Assembly: GCA_963826165.1 (NCBI GenBank)
Contig: CAWGWC010000017.1
Span: 121,233 to 185,232 of the forward strand
DNA from: an uncultured Thermoleophilaceae bacterium
GTDB lineage: Bacteria > Actinomycetota > Thermoleophilia > Solirubrobacterales > Thermoleophilaceae
Direction of reading: 5' to 3'
Length of the DNA stretch: 64,000 bases
The translations under genes and the position numbers were made by a program. Positions 61,848-64,000 of this stretch are shown piece by piece (the first letter of the stretch is position 1; each line of letters begins with the position of its first letter). The notes beneath the pieces are model-generated. The model saw only the letters and a program-made list of their open reading frames with translations. It did not search any database and had not been told where the DNA came from.

Positions 61848-62747
61848 ATGAAGGCCGTCCTCACCGACGAGCCCTTTTCGGACCCGAACTGGATCTTCGA
61901 GCGCAAGCTCGACGGCATCCGTTGCCTCGCCCACCGCGATGGCGACGGTGTGCGCCTGCTGTCGCGCACCGATCGTCTGATGAACTCGGAGTATCCGGGC
62001 GTGGTGGACGCGCTCGAGGCCGAACGGACCCGCGACTTCGTGATCGACGGGGAGCTGGTGGCTTTCGACTCCCGCGGGATCACGAGCTTTCAGCGCCTGC
62101 AGCGCCGCGGCCACGAACGCGTCGCACTTTTCCTCTACGTGTTCGACGTCCTGCGCCTGGAGGGCGAGGACCTCCGGCCCCTTCCGTTGCGGAAGCGCAA
62201 GGCGCGGCTGCGCGCGGGCCTGAGCTTCTCCGGGCCGGTGAGGCTCACCCCTCACCGCAACGAGCAGGGCGAGAAGCTGTTTCGCGAGGCCTGCGACAGG
62301 GGGCTCGAGGGTCTCGTGGCCAAGCGTGCCGACAGCCCCTACCGCTCGTCCCGCTCGCGCGACTGGCTCAAGTTCAAGTGTCACGCCGAGCAGGAGCTGG
62401 TGATCGGCGGCTTCACCGCGCCGCAGGGCTCGCGCACGGACTTCGGAGCGCTGCTGGTCGGGCACTTCGAGGACGGCCGGCTCCAGTATGCGGGCAAGGT
62501 GGGCACGGGATTCGGGCAGGACACGCTGCGCACGCTCGGCGCCCGGCTGCGCGAGCTCGAGCGCGACACGTCCCCGTTCGAGCGGGTCCATCCCGTCCCG
62601 CGCAGCACTCACTGGGTTGAGCCCGAGCTAGTGGGGCAGATCGCGTTCACGGAGTGGACGCGAGACGGGCGCCTGCGTCACCCGCGCTTCCTGGGCCTGC
62701 GCGACGACAAGCCGGCACGCGACGTGGTGAGGGAGCGCCCGGCGTGA
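61848..62747 (+). CDS. ATP-dependent DNA ligase (LigD ligase-domain-only / LigC-like)
   Basis: ATG 61848 in frame within ORF 61461..62747. Motif I ERKLDGIR, DGELVA, EGLVAKR, DWLKFK and an OB-fold C-terminus. Confidence 0.9.
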   Translation: MKAVLTDEPFSDPNWIFERKLDGIRCLAHRDGDGVRLLSRTDRLMNSEYPGVVDALEAERTRDFVIDGELVAFDSRGITSFQRLQRRGHERVALFLYVFDVLRLEGEDLRPLPLRKRKARLRAGLSFSGPVRLTPHRNEQGEKLFREACDRGLEGLVAKRADSPYRSSRSRDWLKFKCHAEQELVIGGFTAPQGSRTDFGALLVGHFEDGRLQYAGKVGTGFGQDTLRTLGARLRELERDTSPFERVHPVPRSTHWVEPELVGQIAFTEWTRDGRLRHPRFLGLRDDKPARDVVRERPA

Positions 62748-62797
62748 GAGCAGCACTTCCACCCGACGTCGCCGCCCTCGGGTAGCCTCGCTTCGAC

Positions 62798-64000
62798 GTG
62801 GGCCAAGAGGTCGCGCCCAGAGTGTTCAGCCGCGAGGACCGGCAGCGGTACCGGACCAAGGTACGCGCCTGCCTCGACGTGTTCGCCCGGATGCTGTCCG
62901 AGTCGCGCTTCGACGCCGAGGACCGTTCGTTCGGGCTCGAGATCGAGCTGAACCTGACCGACGACGCCGGCGACCCGGCGATGCGCAATGCGGCCGTGCT
63001 CGAGGCCATCGCCGATGCCGCCTTCCAGACCGAGCTCGGGCAGTTCAACGTGGAGATCAACATCCCGCCCCGGCTGCTGGAGGGAGGCGTCTTCTCGGAG
63101 CTCGAGGCGGACATCCGCCGCAGTCTCAACCACGCCGAGGAGCGAGCCCGCGGGGTGGGCAGCCACATGATGATCATCGGCATCCTCCCGACGATCGACG
63201 AGGCGCACCTGAACGCGGACGCGTTCTCGGAGAGCCCGCGCTACAAGCTCCTGAACGAGCAGATCTTCGCCGCCCGCGGAGAGGATCTCGAGATCGCCAT
63301 CAGCGGGCCGGAGCGGCTCTCGACCTTCGCCGACACGATCGCGCCCGAGGCCGCCTGCACGAGCGTCCAGCTGCACCAGCAGGTGGAGCCTGACGCGTTC
63401 GCCGCCCACTGGAACGCCGCGCAGGCCATCGCCGGGGTGCAGGTGGCGGTGGGCGCGAACTCGCCCTTCTTCTTCGGCAAGGAGCTCTGGCGGGAGACCC
63501 GCATCGCGCTGTTCGAGCAGGCCACCGACACGCGTCCCGACGAGCTCAAGGCCCAGGGCGTTCGCCCGCGCGTGTGGTTCGGGGAGAGTTGGATCACGTC
63601 GATCTTCGATCTGTTCGAGGAGAACGTGCGTTACTTCCCGGCGCTGTTGCCGGTGTGCGAGGACGAGGATCCGGTGGAGACGCTCGAGCGAGGCGACGTG
63701 CCGGGCCTGGCCGAGCTGCGGCTGCACAACGGCACGATCTACCGATGGAACCGGCCGATCTACGACACGGTGCGCGGACGCCCACACGTGCGCGTGGAGA
63801 ACCGGCTGCTCCCGGCAGGGCCGACCGTCGTCGACATCCTGGCCAACGCCGCGTTCTACTACGGGCTGGTGAGATCGCTCACCGAGCAGGAGCGGCCGGT
63901 GTGGTCGCAGATGTCGTTCTCGGCCGCCGAGGAGAACCTGCACGCCGGGGCACGCGACGGGATCGAGGCCCGGATCTACTGGCCCGGGGTGGGGGAGGTA
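62798..64000 (+). CDS. Glutamate-cysteine ligase family 2 (GCS2/YbdK-like carboxylate-amine ligase), 3'-truncated by the window edge
   Basis: Open frame from GTG 62798 to the end of the window (absent from the track because there is no stop). FGLEIELNL, NVEINIPP, SVQLHQQV, NSPFFFGKELW, ENRLLPAGPT. Confidence 0.85.
   Translation, partial: MGQEVAPRVFSREDRQRYRTKVRACLDVFARMLSESRFDAEDRSFGLEIELNLTDDAGDPAMRNAAVLEAIADAAFQTELGQFNVEINIPPRLLEGGVFSELEADIRRSLNHAEERARGVGSHMMIIGILPTIDEAHLNADAFSESPRYKLLNEQIFAARGEDLEIAISGPERLSTFADTIAPEAACTSVQLHQQVEPDAFAAHWNAAQAIAGVQVAVGANSPFFFGKELWRETRIALFEQATDTRPDELKAQGVRPRVWFGESWITSIFDLFEENVRYFPALLPVCEDEDPVETLERGDVPGLAELRLHNGTIYRWNRPIYDTVRGRPHVRVENRLLPAGPTVVDILANAAFYYGLVRSLTEQERPVWSQMSFSAAEENLHAGARDGIEARIYWPGVGEV

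Noticed and set aside
1-64000. CRISPR arrays, IS elements/transposases, integrases, prophage blocks, rRNA
   Set aside because: Reading both strands, I saw no spaced direct repeats, no DDE/serine/tyrosine recombinase-like ORFs and no rRNA-like segments. The only mobile-looking item is the lone HNH gene at tRNA-Gly.

Overview
A 64-kb, very GC-rich (about 70% by eye, not computed), gene-dense chromosomal segment. It looks actinobacterial: F420 biosynthesis genes, many Tat and lipoprotein signals, GTG/TTG starts, frequent ATGA/GTGA/TGATG stop-start overlaps and very short divergent spacers. A Thermoleophilia/Rubrobacteria-like origin is only a guess. I support about 70 protein genes and 5 tRNAs: Leu-CAA, Leu-TAG, a mismatched Trp-CCA, Gly-TCC and Pro-GGG. 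I saw no rRNA, CRISPR array, transposase or integrase. Most long ORFs in the track that lie antisense to these genes are Arg/Ala/Pro/Gly-rich shadow frames typical of high-GC DNA. Main content, left to right: (1) marR plus DHA2 efflux pair; (2) a coiled-coil protein with a PD-(D/E)xK-like core; (3) plsC-like and ygfZ genes; (4) a TGATG-coupled operon of a Tat-exported two-domain multicopper oxidase, an N-terminally extended ZIP permease and a DtxR/MntR-type repressor; (5) a GGDEF protein, an orphan NMT1-type binding protein and an aquaporin; (6) fbiC (FO synthase) with an interrupted reading frame; (7) a GntR regulator with a lone MlaE/YrbE permease and mmsA; (8) the cofD-cofC-cofE F420 operon with a stand-alone CofE; (9) a leucine/ketone-body-like set (SDR, HMG-CoA lyase, crotonase, carboxyltransferase, acetoacetyl-CoA synthetase) interleaved with transporters; (10) secreted LVIVD and BNR proteins; (11) a tRNA cluster; (12) a copper amine oxidase / aminoaldehyde dehydrogenase cluster decorated with an ATP-grasp ligase and two amidohydrolases; (13) a tetR plus DHA2 pair; (14) a small lower-GC islet at tRNA-Gly (HNH nuclease) followed by an EEP nuclease/phosphatase and an IlvM-like ACT protein preceded by an Ile-rich mini-ORF; (15) a frameshifted GT1 glycosyltransferase; (16) a cysteine-free, Asp-less response-regulator/TrxR-like fusion; (17) three coupled small membrane proteins divergent from an ArsR/DUF899/SRPBCC/VOC operon; (18) an ATP-dependent DNA ligase and a partial GCS2 ligase. 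The most interesting candidates are the oxidase-ZIP-DtxR operon and the amine-oxidase cluster, which has a Puu-like acylation logic. All family calls rest on motifs read by eye; no searches were run.
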